64,000 bases of DNA from the NCBI GenBank assembly GCA_963795025.1, contig CAWCGN010000010.1, positions 67,990 through 131,989 of the forward strand, given 5' to 3'. The translations under genes were made by a program, and so were the position numbers. The stretch is from an uncultured Flavobacteriaceae bacterium (GTDB lineage Bacteria > Bacteroidota > Bacteroidia > Flavobacteriales > Flavobacteriaceae). Shown one piece after another: positions 44,100 through 57,265 of the stretch. The notes below the pieces were generated by a model. The model saw only the letters and a program-made list of their open reading frames with translations. It had not been told where the DNA came from and made no database searches. The stretch's first letter is position 1. Each line of letters begins with the position of its first letter.

Positions 44100-44187
44100 T
44101 TAATAAATAAAGGTGTTTAATAGTAAGAATGCATTTTTTCTATTAAATATTTTTATAATTTCGAAAAAAAATATAATTTATTAATAA

Positions 44188-45493
<1,306 letters not shown>

Positions 45494-45518
45494 TTGTAAG
45501 AGTTATATATTGAATTTC

Positions 45519-45550
45519 AAACCATTCGTTTTAACGAATGGTTTTTTTTT
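45519..45550 (+). terminator. Terminator after eno
   Basis: aaaccattcgtt-tt-aacgaatggttt plus T-tract. Confidence 0.85.
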
Positions 45551-45650
45551 GGAGTTTTAACAAATTCATAGCAGGATTCTTTTTTTAATTAGTCTTAAAT
45601 TCATTAGATTTGATAAATTATTATTTTATAGAATTATTCCCGATTATATT

Positions 45651-46932
45651 ATGTCAAAAATAGCTACATTAGAAGTAGATGGTAAAAAAATTGAACTTCC
45701 GGTTATCACAGGAAGCGAAAATGAATCAGCTATCGATATTAACAAATTACGTGATTTAACAGGTGTTATTACAATTGATCCAGGTTATAAAAACTCGGGA
45801 TCTTGTACAAGTGAAATCACTTTCTTAGACGGAGAATTAGGAATTTTGCGTTATAGAGGGTACTCAATCGAAGATTTAGCTGATAAAGCTAGCTTTTTAG
45901 AAGTATCATATCTTTTGATTTTTGGAGAATTGCCAACTGCAGCAGCAATTGGAGCAATTTGAAAATGGTATTAAAAAACATTCTTTAGTAAACGAAGAAA
46001 TGAAAAATATCATTGACGGTTTCCCAAAAACTGCTCATCCAATGGGTGTATTATCTGCTTTGACAAGTGCTTTAACTGCTTTTAATCCAAAAGCGGTGAA
46101 TGTTGACAATGAAAAAGAAATGTATGAGGCAATTTGCAAAACAATGGCTAAATTTCTTAGTAATTGCTACTTGGACATACAGAAAATCAATGGGTTATCC
46201 TTTGAATTATTATGACAACACTAAAGGATATGTTGAAAGCTTTATGCAATTAATGTTTAAATTGCCTACTGGACCTTATGCAATGCAAATCCTGTAATTG
46301 TTAACGCATTAGATAAATTGTTTATTCTTCATGCGGATCACGAACAAAACTGTTCTACTTCAACGGTAAGAATGGTTGGTTCTTCTCATGCAGGTTTATT
46401 TGCTTCAGTTTCTGCAGGTGTTTCAGCACTTTGGGGACCACTTCATGGAGGTGCTAATCAGGCTGTACTTGAAATGTTAGAAGAAATCAACAATGATGGT
46501 GGAGATACTGATAAATTTTTGGCGAAAGCAAAAGATAAAAATGACCCTTTCCGTTTAATGGGATTTGGTCATAGAGTATATAAAAACTTTGATCCAAGAG
46601 CAAAAATCATTAAAAAAGCGGCTAAAGAAGTTTTGGAAACTTTAGGTGTTAATGATCCGATTTTAGAAATTGCTAAGAAATTAGAAGCTGCTGCTCTTGA
46701 AGATGAGTACTTCAAATCAAGAAACTTATATCCAAACGTAGACTTCTATTCTGGAATTATTTACAGAGCATTAGGTATTCCAACAGATATGTTTACAGTA
46801 ATGTTTGCTATTGGAAGACTTCCGGGCTGGATTGCACAATGGAAAGAAATGCGTGAAAACAAAGAGCCAATTGGAAGACCAAGACAAATTTATACAGGTC
46901 ATCCTTTGAGAGAATTTAAACGTAACAAATAA
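45651..46932 (+). CDS. gltA: Citrate synthase (type II); several indels
   Basis: ITFLDG...[44 protein letters not shown]; TAGATTTG promoter at 45605-45612. Confidence 0.96.
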
Positions 46933-46940
46933 AATAATAT

Positions 46941-46971
46941 AAAGCTTCACTTACAATGTGAAGCTTTTTTT
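46941..46971 (+). terminator. Terminator after gltA, abutting the next -7 element (TATCTTTG, 46971-46978)
   Basis: aaagcttcac...gtgaagcttt plus T-tract. Confidence 0.8.
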
Positions 46972-46997
46972 ATCTTTGCTCAAAATATAATAAAGTC

Positions 46998-47912
46998 ATG
47001 TTGCAATTAAATGTAAAGAACGAAACTTCAAGACTGCGGGCTGTAGTTTTAGGTTCAGCCGTTCATAATGGGCCAACTCCAACCTTAGAGGAAGCTTATG
47101 ATCCTAAATCATTGGAACATATTAAAGCAGGAACATATCCAATAGAAAAAGACATGGTTGCTGAGATGGAAGCTTTTAATTCTGTTTTTCAAAAATATGA
47201 TGTAAAAGTATATCGTCCCGAAATGATTGAAAATTATAATCAGATTTTTGCTAGAGATATAGGGTTTGTAATTGATGATGTTTTTGTAAAATCGAATATA
47301 CTGCCTGATCGCGAACGCGAATTAGATGCTATTCAATATGTAATCGATCAAATAGATCCACAAAAAGTTGTTCGTCCGCCAGAAGAAGTTCATATTGAAG
47401 GCGGTGATGTGATGCTTTGGAACGATCATATTTTCATAGGTACATATAAAGGAAGTGATTATAAAGATTATATCACTGCCAGAACTAATATGCAGGGTGT
47501 TAATTTCATTAAAGAGTTGTTCCCAAATAAAATTGTAAAGGAATTTGATTTGGTGAAATCTAAATTAGAAGCTCGAGATAATGCATTGCACTTAGATTGT
47601 TGTTTTCAGCCAGTTGGCGAAAATAAAGGAATTATTTATAAAAGAGGTTTTCGTGAAGAGGCTGATTATTTGTATTTGGTAAATCTTTTTGGAAAAGAAA
47701 ATTTATTTCATATCGAAAGAAATGAAATGTATAATATGTTTTCGAATGTATTTTCAATTGATAAAAATGTTGTAGTTTCTGAGAAAAATTTCACTCGATT
47801 AAATAATTGGCTTCGTGCAAATGGTTTTACGGTTGAAGAAATTCCGTATGCCGAAATTGCAAAACAAGAAGGCTTGTTGAGATGTTCAACTTTACCATTA
47901 ATTAGGGATTAA
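46998..47912 (+). CDS. Amidinotransferase-fold (arginine deiminase/DDAH family) hydrolase
   Basis: FARD, IEGGDV, LHLDC, GLLRCSTLP (catalytic Cys). Confidence 0.85.
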   Translation: MLQLNVKNETSRLRAVVLGSAVHNGPTPTLEEAYDPKSLEHIKAGTYPIEKDMVAEMEAFNSVFQKYDVKVYRPEMIENYNQIFARDIGFVIDDVFVKSNILPDRERELDAIQYVIDQIDPQKVVRPPEEVHIEGGDVMLWNDHIFIGTYKGSDYKDYITARTNMQGVNFIKELFPNKIVKEFDLVKSKLEARDNALHLDCCFQPVGENKGIIYKRGFREEADYLYLVNLFGKENLFHIERNEMYNMFSNVFSIDKNVVVSEKNFTRLNNWLRANGFTVEEIPYAEIAKQEGLLRCSTLPLIRD

Positions 47913-47923
47913 ATAGTTTTTTA

Positions 47924-47970
47924 GTTTCAAGTTTTCAAGACGTGAAACCTGAAACTTGAAACCTGAAACA
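47924..47970. repeat. 7-bp tandem repeat (TGAAACY x4) preceded by inverted copies
   Basis: gtttcaa-gttttcaa, then tgaaacc-tgaaact-tgaaacc-tgaaaca. Confidence 0.7.
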
Positions 47971-47984
47971 AAAAAATATAAAAA

Positions 47985-48936
47985 ATGAAACAGACAACAA
48001 ACGCAATCGTAATGATTCGGCCAGTTGCTTTTAGAATGAATGAGCAGACTGCAGTTAATAATTATTACCAAAAAGTATTAGATGGATTATTGCCAAGTAC
48101 TGTAAATGCAAAAGCACAACAGGAATTTGATGCTTTTGTAGAAAAACTTAGAGTTGTAGGAGTTGATGTGACTGTAATTGAAGATACGTTAGAAACAGAT
48201 ACTCCGGATAGTATTTTTCCAAACAATTGGGTTTCATTTCATGAAAATGGTGATGTAGCTCTTTATCCAATGTTTGCTGAAAATAGACGTCAGGAACGTC
48301 GTGAAGATATTTTAGACACTTTAGAAGAAAAGGGTTTTGAGATTTCCAATATAATGGATTATACCTCGGCAGAAGATGATGGCTATTTTTTAGAAGGAAC
48401 AGGAAGTTTACTTTTAGATCGTGCCAATGCAAAAGCATATTGTGCTTTGTCTCCTCGTGCCGATGAAGAATTGTTTATCGAATTCTGTGAAGATTTTGAT
48501 TATGCACCTGTAATTTTTGAAGCTTTTCAAACTGTTGATGGAGAGACGAAAATTGATTTATCATACCAACGTGATGATGTGTCTTGGTGAAACTTTTGCA
48601 GTTATTTGTGCAGATTGTATAGATGATAAAAAAGAGCGCAAAATGGTTCTTGATAATTTGAAAGATGATAAGAAAGAAATTATTCTGATTACAGAAGATC
48701 AGGTAAATAATTTTGCTGGAAATATGCTCGAAGTTAGAGGGACAAATGATAAAAAATATATTGTGATGAGTGCTTCAGCACATCAGAGTCTAACTCCAAA
48801 ACAAATTGCGCAATTAGAAAAACATGCTGAAATTTTGAGTTCAAGCTTGGATACAATTGAAGCTTGCGGAGGCGGAAGCGCAAGATGCATGATGGCCGAA
48901 GTATTTTTGCCAAGAAATTTAGAAAAAGCAATTTAA
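47985..48936 (+). CDS. Amidinotransferase-fold hydrolase, CtlX (citrulline utilisation)-like; one indel near 48545
   Basis: MIRP..F..N..TA.NNY, TPDSIFPNNW, LEGTGS, IYHTNVMM, GGGSARCMMAE. Confidence 0.82.
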
Positions 48937-48942
48937 ATAAAA

Positions 48943-48979
48943 TAAAAAGGGATAAAGCGTAAAGTTTTATCCCTTTTTT
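48943..48979. terminator. Bidirectional terminator between convergent ctlX-like and marC genes
   Basis: aaaaagggataaa...tttatcccttttt. Confidence 0.8.
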
Positions 48980-49003
48980 ATGTTTTAAAAAAGATGCTTT
49001 GTG

Positions 49004-49632
49004 TTAAAAATTTCCTTTTATAATATTGACGATTGAGCTTACGATATATTGAATTCCGATAGAAATTACAATAAAACCAACAATTCTTGAAATCGCAACA
49101 ATTCCTGAGGCTCCAAGTATTCTGAGCGAGATAGTGTGCGCTTTTTAGAATAGCAAAAATAACTACAGCAATTGCTAAAATTGCAAGACATGAAACAATG
49201 ATCTCTTCCATTTGATGATGTTCTTGATAAAAAGCTATTAGCAATGACATTGATCCAGGACCTGCTAAGCATCGGAATTGCTAAAGGTGTTAGTGCAATG
49301 TCGTTTCTCTGTTGAGCTTCGTTTTCGATCTTTTTATTGATTCCTCGTTTCTTGTTGAACTTTCCCGATAATAATGAAAATCCTGAATTTACAATTACAA
49401 TTCCTCCTGCAATTCGTAATGCATCAATGCTTATTCCAAAAAAAGTTAAAACATATTGGCCTATAAAATAAGAAACCAATAAAATTATACCAACATTTAT
49501 GGCGGTCCAAAGTGAAATTCTTGAACGTTCTTTTTGCGAATCATGTTGTGTCAATCCGACAAAAATGGGAACGGTGCCAATTGGGTTTAATACTGAAAAA
49601 AGTGCAGCAAATAAATAAATGAATAGATCCAT
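49004..49632 (-). CDS. MarC/NAAT family membrane protein; indels
   Basis: LFSVLNPIG, FFGISIDALRIAGG, IALTPLAIPML(AGPG); C-terminus ends IIKGNF-stop at 49004. Confidence 0.85.
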
Positions 49633-49785
49633 AAAGTTTTGGTTAGTCAAGTAAAAGTAGTCAAATTTTTATATTGACAGAATGTTTTACATTATGTTAT
49701 TGTTTTTTTTAGAGTCAATATTCTGAATCAATAAGGTAAGATTAGCTCATTCTTTTTAGCTACTTTTGTGAAATATTTTAAAAAG

Positions 49786-50151
49786 ATGAAAAACAAAAAA
49801 ACTTTGCTTCTTGGTGCTACAACAAAACCAGATCGTTATGCATTTAGAGCTATAAATATGCTTACTCAAAAAGGTCACACTGTGTTAGCAATTGGTCAAA
49901 ATACTGGAGAAGTTGCTGGCGTAAAAATTCATACAAAAACTATTCCTGTTAAAAATATTGATACAGTCACTTTGTATTTAAATCCGACACGTCAACGTGA
50001 TTATTATAATTACATTATTGAAGCGCAGCCTAAAAGAGTAATTTTTAATCCCGGAACAGAAAATCCTGAATTATATCAATTATTGGAATTAAATAATATA
50101 AAAGTTGAAGTTGCTTGTACACTGGTTTTGTTGGCGACAAATCAATATTAA
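49786..50151 (+). CDS. CoA-binding protein (YccU-like)
   Basis: LLGATTKPDRYA, IDTVTLY, RVIFNPG, ACTLVLL; TACTTTTG promoter at 49761-49768 supports the ATG at 49786. Confidence 0.88.
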   Translation: MKNKKTLLLGATTKPDRYAFRAINMLTQKGHTVLAIGQNTGEVAGVKIHTKTIPVKNIDTVTLYLNPTRQRDYYNYIIEAQPKRVIFNPGTENPELYQLLELNNIKVEVACTLVLLATNQY

Positions 50152-50171
50152 TTAGACTAAAAATTTTTATC

Positions 50172-50205
50172 AGCTTTCCAATTTTATTGGAAAGCTTTGT
50201 TTTTT
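50172..50205 (+). terminator. Terminator
   Basis: agctttccaa-tttta-ttggaaagct plus T-rich tail. Confidence 0.75.
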
Positions 50206-50303
50206 ATTGGCAGAAACAAAAGATCATTAATCTAATTTCTTAAAAGATTGAATTTAATTGTTTCAAAGTCTTTGATACCGTTAAAAATGTTACTTTTGTC
50301 GTC

Positions 50304-50924
50304 ATGGAATTTTCATCAAAACTAATAGAGAAAGCGGTTAACGAAATGTCGCAATTGCCAGGAATTGGTAAGCGTACAGCTTTACGATTGGTTCTTCATT
50401 TGCTTAAACAGCCAAAAGAGCAAACAGGATTTCTGTCTCAAGCCTTGTTAAACATGAGAGAGGATATTAAGTTTTGTGAAAACTGCCATAATATTTCGGA
50501 TACAAAAGTTTGCGAAATCTGTGCTAACAATTCAAGAAATCAGCAAATAATTTGTGTTGTTGAGGATATTCGTGATGTAATGGCAATTGAAAATACAGGA
50601 CAGTACAAAGGTATTTATCATGTACTTGGTGGGAAAATTTCCCCTATTGAAGGTGTTGGTCCAAGTCAGTTAAATATTTCAAGTCTGGTTGAAAAAGTTA
50701 AATCCGGAAAAGTAACAGAAATTATTTTTGCACTTAGTTCAACTATGGAGGGAGATACAACCAATTTTTATATTTATAAACAGATTGCAGAATCTCAAAT
50801 TGTAATTTCAACTATTGCAAGAGGGATTTCTGTAGGTGATGAACTGGAATATGCTGATGAAGTTACCCTTGGTAGAAGTATTTTGCATCGTATTCCTTTT
50901 GAAAAAACATTTAAAAATAATTAA
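50304..50924 (+). CDS. recR: Recombination mediator RecR
   Basis: [15 protein letters not shown]...CEIC zinc finger, YHVLGG, EGDTT, ELEYAD. Confidence 0.97.
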   Translation: MEFSSKLIEKAVNEMSQLPGIGKRTALRLVLHLLKQPKEQTGFLSQALLNMREDIKFCENCHNISDTKVCEICANNSRNQQIICVVEDIRDVMAIENTGQYKGIYHVLGGKISPIEGVGPSQLNISSLVEKVKSGKVTEIIFALSSTMEGDTTNFYIYKQIAESQIVISTIARGISVGDELEYADEVTLGRSILHRIPFEKTFKNN

Positions 50925-50994
50925 ACAACCCCAAATAAGGTATAGATTTTCTGAAGATTAAAGGAAAAGCTATATTTGCGATAAAATTTCAATA

Positions 50995-51789
50995 ATGACA
51001 AAAAATAGTTTTTACATTCTGTTGCTGGTTAGTATGCTTTTTACTTCGTGTATACCTATAAAAGATCTGGTTTATCTTCAAGATAAAAATACTTCTGAAG
51101 AGAAAACTACTGTTGCTGCTGTCGAAACTAAACCATATAGACTACAGGTAAATGACGTTTTAAGTATTACCATAAAAGCAATAGATCCTAAATTAGTTTC
51201 AATTTTTAGTAAATCAGAAAGTGCTACTTCAGCAACTGGAAAGTCAGAATCAGCCCTATATTTTGATGGTTTTACAGTTGATGATCACGGGAATATTAGA
51301 ATTCCAATATTGGGAGAAGTAAATGTTATAGGTTATACTTTAGATGAAGTTCGAGTGATAATAGAAAAAAAATTACTTGAAGAATATTTTAAAACCGAGG
51401 CTAATGTTTTTGTTACAGTGAAATTAGCTGGTTTTAGATATACAATAAATGGAGAGGTTGCGAGTACTGGAACAAAAACATTGTTTCAAGAACATGTTAA
51501 TATAATGGAAGCTATTGCAAACTCAGGCGATATTACCACGGTAGGAAATAGAAAAGCGGTGACGATAATTCGTCAGACTCCCACAGGAGTTCAAATGAAT
51601 GATATTGATCTAACTGATGTCAATGTAATGAAATCGCCTTATTATTATTTACAGCCCAACGATTATATTTATGTAAAACCTTTGCGACAAAAAACTTGGG
51701 GAACTGGACAAACGGGAATACAGTCAATAGGTACCATTATTACTTTATTGTCTCTCGCGACAACAGTATACTTAATTATCAAAAATTAA
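50995..51789 (+). CDS. wza: Polysaccharide export lipoprotein Wza
   Basis: Lipobox FTSC, YRLQVNDVL, VDDHGNIRIPILG, YYYLQPNDYIYV; TATATTTG promoter at 50971-50978. Confidence 0.9.
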   Translation: MTKNSFYILLLVSMLFTSCIPIKDLVYLQDKNTSEEKTTVAAVETKPYRLQVNDVLSITIKAIDPKLVSIFSKSESATSATGKSESALYFDGFTVDDHGNIRIPILGEVNVIGYTLDEVRVIIEKKLLEEYFKTEANVFVTVKLAGFRYTINGEVASTGTKTLFQEHVNIMEAIANSGDITTVGNRKAVTIIRQTPTGVQMNDIDLTDVNVMKSPYYYLQPNDYIYVKPLRQKTWGTGQTGIQSIGTIITLLSLATTVYLIIKN

Positions 51790-51804
51790 AACTGAATTCA
51801 AAAG

Positions 51805-54252
51805 ATGTTAGATATAAAAGATTTTTCGATTTTTGAAAACCAATCAAGTTTTGATTTTAAAGGTTTGTTGTTGAAAATCCTAAGCTATTGGAAATGGTTT
51901 TTAGTAAGTTTAATCATTGCGTTAACTATTGCATATCAAGTAAATATTCGAAAAGAAAAAATTTACGCAATGCAGACCCTTATCTCAATTAAAGAAGAAA
52001 GCAATCCGTTTTTCACTTCAAATACAAGTTTAGTTTTTAACTGGGGTGGTATTTCTGATCAAGTAAATGGAATCACGACCATATTACAGACAAGATCTCA
52101 TAATGAGTTAGTTGTTAGTAAATTGCAATATTATATTGATTACCTTACAATGGGTGAATATAATTTGATTGACTCTTATGGAGCTGTTCCTTTTTATGTT
52201 GATATTGATAAATCAAAAGGGCAGTTGGCAAATACTCTAATTAAAATAAAGTTTATCAGCGCTAATGTATATGAAGTACGTATACCATTTGAGAGCAATT
52301 CAGTTTCACTTATTAACTATACTGAAAATAAATATTCGAATACTGCAGTTCAACCTGTTGAATTTGTGAAAAGATATAAGGTTGGTGAACAAGTTTCATT
52401 GCCTTTTTTAAATTGGAAATTGCAAATTAATGATAATCCTGGATTATATATAGGAAATGAATATTTTGTCAAATTTAATGATTTTGACGGAACTGTTTCT
52501 CGTTATAGAGGTATAAATGTTGGTTCTGATGATAAGGGAGGTTCGATATTGACCTTAGGAATGCAGGGAACAAACAAAGCCCGTTTAGTTGAATATCTTA
52601 ACTCGACAGTAAAAATGTTGATTAAAATTCAGCTAGATAGCAAAAATCAATTTGCTAACAATACTATTAAATTTATTGACAGTACACTTGTTGCTATGGA
52701 GTCACAATTGAAACAAACTGGAAATGAATTAAAATCGTTTAGAAAAGATAAAAATATCTATGAAATAGAAGGAGGAGGCGCTAAGTTTTCTGATAAAATA
52801 TCAAATTTTGATGTTGAAAAAGATCAGGTTACTAGAAAGATCACTTACTATAATTCGCTGAAGGCGTATTTAAGTAATAGCGTTGATTATTCAAGGTTAC
52901 CGGCTCCTTCAGTTGCTGGAATTGATGATCCTAATATTGTTGCAAATATCTCAAAACTTATTTCGCTTTCAACTCAAAGATCTGAAATGGCTTATGCTGT
53001 AAAAAGCGATAAGATTTTTAAAGATTTTGATAACCAGATGCAAGCTGTCAAAAGTGTTTTGTTAGAAAATATTGCTTCTGCAAAATCATCTTTGATATAT
53101 GATTTATCGTTAGTAAATGCAAAAATCGGTGAGGCTGAAAATACTGTTAAAAGACTGCCAGAAGAACAGCAGGAATTGCTAAAAATTCAAAGAAAATACG
53201 ATCTAAACGATAATATTTATACAACATTTTTACAAAAAAGAAATGAAGCAGAAATTGTAAAAGCGTCGAATTTGTCGGATATTCATTTTATTGATCCCGC
53301 AAAAGATATTGGTGGAGGATTAGTCGGACCAAAAACTTCGGTGAATTATATTTTGGCTTTGTTTTTAGGTGCCTTGATTCCATTATTGTTTATTCTTGCT
53401 ATTTTCTTTATTAATAATTCTATTCAAAACACGGAAGATGTAACTAAACTAAGTCAAATACCGATAATTGGTGTAATTGGCGTTAATAAAGAAGGGGTTA
53501 ATCTTGCTGTTTTTGACAAACCAAAATCAGCGCTTTCTGAAGCTTTTAGAGCAATTCGATCTTCAGTTCAGTTTTTGTACAAAAAACAACAAGTGAGCGG
53601 TTCAAAAACGTTGATGATTACTTCGTCAATAAGTGGAGAAGGAAAAACATTTTGTTCTATAAATATTGCTACAGTTTTTGCTTTAAGCGAAAAGAAAACT
53701 GTGATTGTAGGTTTGGATTTGAGAAAACCAAGATTGGCTGACGAGTTTAATTTAACAAATCAGATCGGCGTTGTCAACTATTTAATTAAGCAAAATAGTT
53801 TAGAAGAAATTACGAATTCTACAAAAATTCCAAATCTAGATGTTATACTTTCTGGTCCTATTCCGCCAAATCCTTCTGAGTTAATTTTAAGTGATGTTAT
53901 GCGTGAATTAATAGATGAGCTAAAGCAGAAATATGATTACATTATTTTGGATACACCTCCTGTTGGTTTAGTCTCTGATGCTTTAGAATTGTCTCAATAT
54001 TCAGATGTTACATTATATATTGTTCGACAGAATTATACTAAAAAGGATATGATTACGTTGTTGAACACAAGAGTTAAAAGAGGAGAGTTAAGTAACGCAA
54101 GCATTGTTTTGAATGGTTATGAAAATAAAGCAAAATATGGATCTGCTTACGGGTACGGCTATGGATATGGAGATTATTCTAATGGATATCATGATGAGGA
54201 GAAAAGGCCAAATTCTTTAAAAACTTTTTTAAATAAATTGAAAAAAAAATAA
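51805..54252 (+). CDS. wzc: Polysaccharide co-polymerase / BY-kinase Wzc
   Basis: Two TM segments, [33 protein letters not shown]-terminal Tyr cluster [10 protein letters not shown]. Confidence 0.93.
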   Translation: MLDIKDFSIFENQSSFDFKGLLLKILSYWKWFLVSLIIALTIAYQVNIRKEKIYAMQTLISIKEESNPFFTSNTSLVFNWGGISDQVNGITTILQTRSHNELVVSKLQYYIDYLTMGEYNLIDSYGAVPFYVDIDKSKGQLANTLIKIKFISANVYEVRIPFESNSVSLINYTENKYSNTAVQPVEFVKRYKVGEQVSLPFLNWKLQINDNPGLYIGNEYFVKFNDFDGTVSRYRGINVGSDDKGGSILTLGMQGTNKARLVEYLNSTVKMLIKIQLDSKNQFANNTIKFIDSTLVAMESQLKQTGNELKSFRKDKNIYEIEGGGAKFSDKISNFDVEKDQVTRKITYYNSLKAYLSNSVDYSRLPAPSVAGIDDPNIVANISKLISLSTQRSEMAYAVKSDKIFKDFDNQMQAVKSVLLENIASAKSSLIYDLSLVNAKIGEAENTVKRLPEEQQELLKIQRKYDLNDNIYTTFLQKRNEAEIVKASNLSDIHFIDPAKDIGGGLVGPKTSVNYILALFLGALIPLLFILAIFFINNSIQNTEDVTKLSQIPIIGVIGVNKEGVNLAVFDKPKSALSEAFRAIRSSVQFLYKKQQVSGSKTLMITSSISGEGKTFCSINIATVFALSEKKTVIVGLDLRKPRLADEFNLTNQIGVVNYLIKQNSLEEITNSTKIPNLDVILSGPIPPNPSELILSDVMRELIDELKQKYDYIILDTPPVGLVSDALELSQYSDVTLYIVRQNYTKKDMITLLNTRVKRGELSNASIVLNGYENKAKYGSAYGYGYGYGDYSNGYHDEEKRPNSLKTFLNKLKKK

Positions 54253-54263
54253 ATTTGATCCAA

Positions 54264-55254
54264 ATGAGGACATCGATTAAAAATACTATTTTGATCACAG
54301 GCGGTGCAGGATTTATTGGCTCAAACTTGTGCGAATATTTTTTAGAGCTTGGTAATAAAGTAGTTTGTTTGGATAATTTTTCAACTGGTCATCGTCATAA
54401 TTTGGATAACTTTATTGAAAACCCAAATTTTAAATTAATTGAAGGTGATATTCGGAATATTGCTGATTGCACTTTAGCTGTCAAAGGTGTTGATTATGTT
54501 TTGCATCAGGCAGCTTTAGGTTCTGTTCCAAGATCGATAAATGATCCGATCACTACAAATGATGTTAACGTTTCAGGATTTTTGAATATGCTTGGTTGCT
54601 CTCTAGAGATGCAAAAAGTAAAACGTTTTGTGTATGCAGCTAGTTCTTCAACATATGGAGATTCTGATGGATTGCCAAAAGTTGAAGATGATAATTGGTA
54701 AGCCATTATCGCCCTATGCAATAACAAAATATGTGAACGAATTGTATGCAGATATTTTCAGCAGAACGTATGGTTTAGAAACTATCGGGTTGCGATATTT
54801 TAATGTTTTTGGAAGAGCGACAAGATCCGCAAGGGCGCTTATGCAGCAGTGATTCCAAAGTTTGTTATGCAGTTAATGAAATATGAAAGTCCAATTATAA
54901 ATGGTGATGGGAATTATTCAAGAGATTTTACATATATAGATAATGTAATTCAGATGAATGAATTGGCAATGAAAAGTCAAAATCCAGAAGCTATAAATAC
55001 AGTTTACAATACTGCATTTGGTGAGCGAAACACATTAAATGATTTAGTAGGATATTTAAAAAAATATCTTATCAGATTTTGATCCAAAAATTGCAGATAT
55101 TCAAATTATCTATGCTGATAATAGAGCAGGAGATATTCCGCATTCGTTAGCAAGTATTGATAAAGCAAAAAAAATATTAGGTTATAATCCGAAATATTCC
55201 TTGCAGGAAGGATTGAAAGAAGCTGTAAATTGGTATTGGAATAATTTAAAATAA
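54264..55254 (+). CDS. NAD-dependent UDP-sugar 4-epimerase (WbpP/TviC-like SDR); several indels
   Basis: [48 protein letters not shown]. Confidence 0.88.
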
Positions 55255-55282
55255 CACTAAGACTAAGATAATAGTAAATTAT

Positions 55283-56678
55283 ATGAAAATTACAAAAATT
55301 TGTTGCATTGGTGCAGGATATGTTGGAGGTCCGACAATGGCAGTTATTGCTCAAAAATGCCCACATATTCAAGTTACTGTTGTTGATTTGAATGAGCAAA
55401 GAATTAAGGATTGGAATGATCCAAATACAAATAATATTCCAATTTATGAGCCAGGTTTGTCTGAAATTGTAGCCGAAGCAAGAGGAAGAAATCTTGTTCT
55501 TTTCTACAGATGTTGAAAAAGCAATTGATGAAGCCCAAGTAATTTTTATATCAGTTAATACGCCTACTAAAACTTACGGAAAAGGAAAAGGTATGGCGGC
55601 TGATTTAAAATATATTGAATTATGTGCTAGACAAATTGCGAAAGTTGCAAAGGAAAATAAAATTGTTGTAGAGAAATCTACTTTGCCGGTAAGAACAGCA
55701 GAAGCGATAAAAAGTATTTTGGATAATACAGGAAATGGAGTTCAATTTCAGATTTTATCAAATCCTGAATTTTTAGCAGAAGGAACGGCTGTAACAGATT
55801 TATTGAATCCTGATAGAATTTTAATTGGAGGAGATACAACTCCTGAAGGCGAAGAATGCAATTAATGCTTTGGTTGATGTTTATGCAAATTGGGTAGATA
55901 AAGATAAAATTTTGACAACAAATGTTTGGTCTTCTGAATTGTCTAAGCTAACTGCAAATGCATTTTTGGCACAGCGTATTTCTTCTATAAACGCAATGTC
56001 TGAATTATGTGAAAAAACTGGTGCAGATGTTAATGAAGTTGCAAAAGCAATCGGAATGGACAGCAGAATTGGATCAAAATTTTTAAAAGCATCTGTAGGT
56101 TTTGGAGGTTCTTGTTTTCAAAAAGATATTTTGAATTTGGTTTATATTGCAAAATCATATGGATTAAATGAAGTAGCCGATTATTGGGAACAGGTAATTA
56201 TAATGAATGATCATCAAAAAAGAAGATTTTCTAATAAAATAGTTCAGACTTTATACAATACAGTTGCTGATAAAAAAATAACATTTTTAGGTTGGGCTTT
56301 CAAAAAAGACACAAATGATACCCGAGAATCGGCTGCAATTTATGTTGCAGATGATTTGATCAATGAGCAGGCTAAAATTTCAGTTTATGATCCAAAAGTT
56401 TCAAGAAATAAAATGTTGAATGATTTGGATTATTTAGAAACCAGAATCAAGTGAAGAAAATAGTAATGCACTTGACAATATTCGATAATCCTTATGAGGC
56501 TTGTAAAGATGCACATGCAATTGCAATTCTTAACCGAATGGGATGAATTTACAACTTATGACTGGCAAAAAATATATGATTCTATGCAAAACCTGCTTTT
56601 CTTTTTGACGGAAGAAATATATTGAATGCAAAAGAACTTGAATCAATTGGATTTATTTATAGAGGAATAGGTTCTTAA
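55283..56678 (+). CDS. ugd: UDP-glucose 6-dehydrogenase; several indels
   Basis: [48 protein letters not shown]. Confidence 0.92.
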
Positions 56679-56762
56679 TTACAATAGATGTTGAAGTGAA
56701 ATTTAATATGAAAGTTAATAAGGGAGATGGTGTTAGATATTTTATTTCAATAAATTAGAACT

Positions 56763-57227
56763 ATGAATTGGTATGTGGTTTATACAAAGCCCAAATGGGA
56801 AAAAAAAGTAGCAGAGAAACTTACGCAAATTGGTATTGAATGTTATTGTCCCTTAATTACCCAGATAAAACAATGGTCTGACAGAAAGAAAAAAGTTGAG
56901 GTTCCTCTTTTTAATTCCTATGTATTTGTACAGCTTTCTGAAATTGATAGGAATTCGGTTTTTAATGTTCCAGGAGTTGTTCGATATTTGTTTTGGTTAG
57001 GAAAGCCTGCAATTGTTCGAGATGAGGAAATTAGTATAATTAAAACTAGTCTCAAGGCGACTAATATGAGTGATATTTCTGTGTCTTCAATTCAAGTAGG
57101 AGATAGAATAAAATTAGAGTCAGGAGTTTTTAGTAATCAAGATGCAATTGTGCAGGAAATTTCAAAAACGCATTATATTTTAGTATTAGAATCTTTGGGC
57201 TGTGTGCTAAAGATTAAATATAAGTAG
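56763..57227 (+). CDS. UpxY-family (NusG paralog) transcription antiterminator
   Basis: NWYVVYTKPKWEKKV, WSDRKKKVEVPLFNSYVFV, C-terminal KOW; lies in a capsule locus. Confidence 0.9.
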   Translation: MNWYVVYTKPKWEKKVAEKLTQIGIECYCPLITQIKQWSDRKKKVEVPLFNSYVFVQLSEIDRNSVFNVPGVVRYLFWLGKPAIVRDEEISIIKTSLKATNMSDISVSSIQVGDRIKLESGVFSNQDAIVQEISKTHYILVLESLGCVLKIKYK

Positions 57228-57249
57228 TGATTGCAGAAATATATAAATA

Positions 57250-57265
57250 AAGGAAACGGATGCAG
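57250..57265. other. Abrupt AT-rich to GC-rich junction (probable chimera)
   Basis: ...atataaataaaggaaac|ggatgcagggcgccgggg...; the loci on both sides are truncated; no IS, tRNA or att site seen. Confidence 0.9.

Noticed and set aside
54130-54195. Tandem TAY-GGN repeats in wzc
   Set aside because: They encode the normal BY-kinase tyrosine cluster
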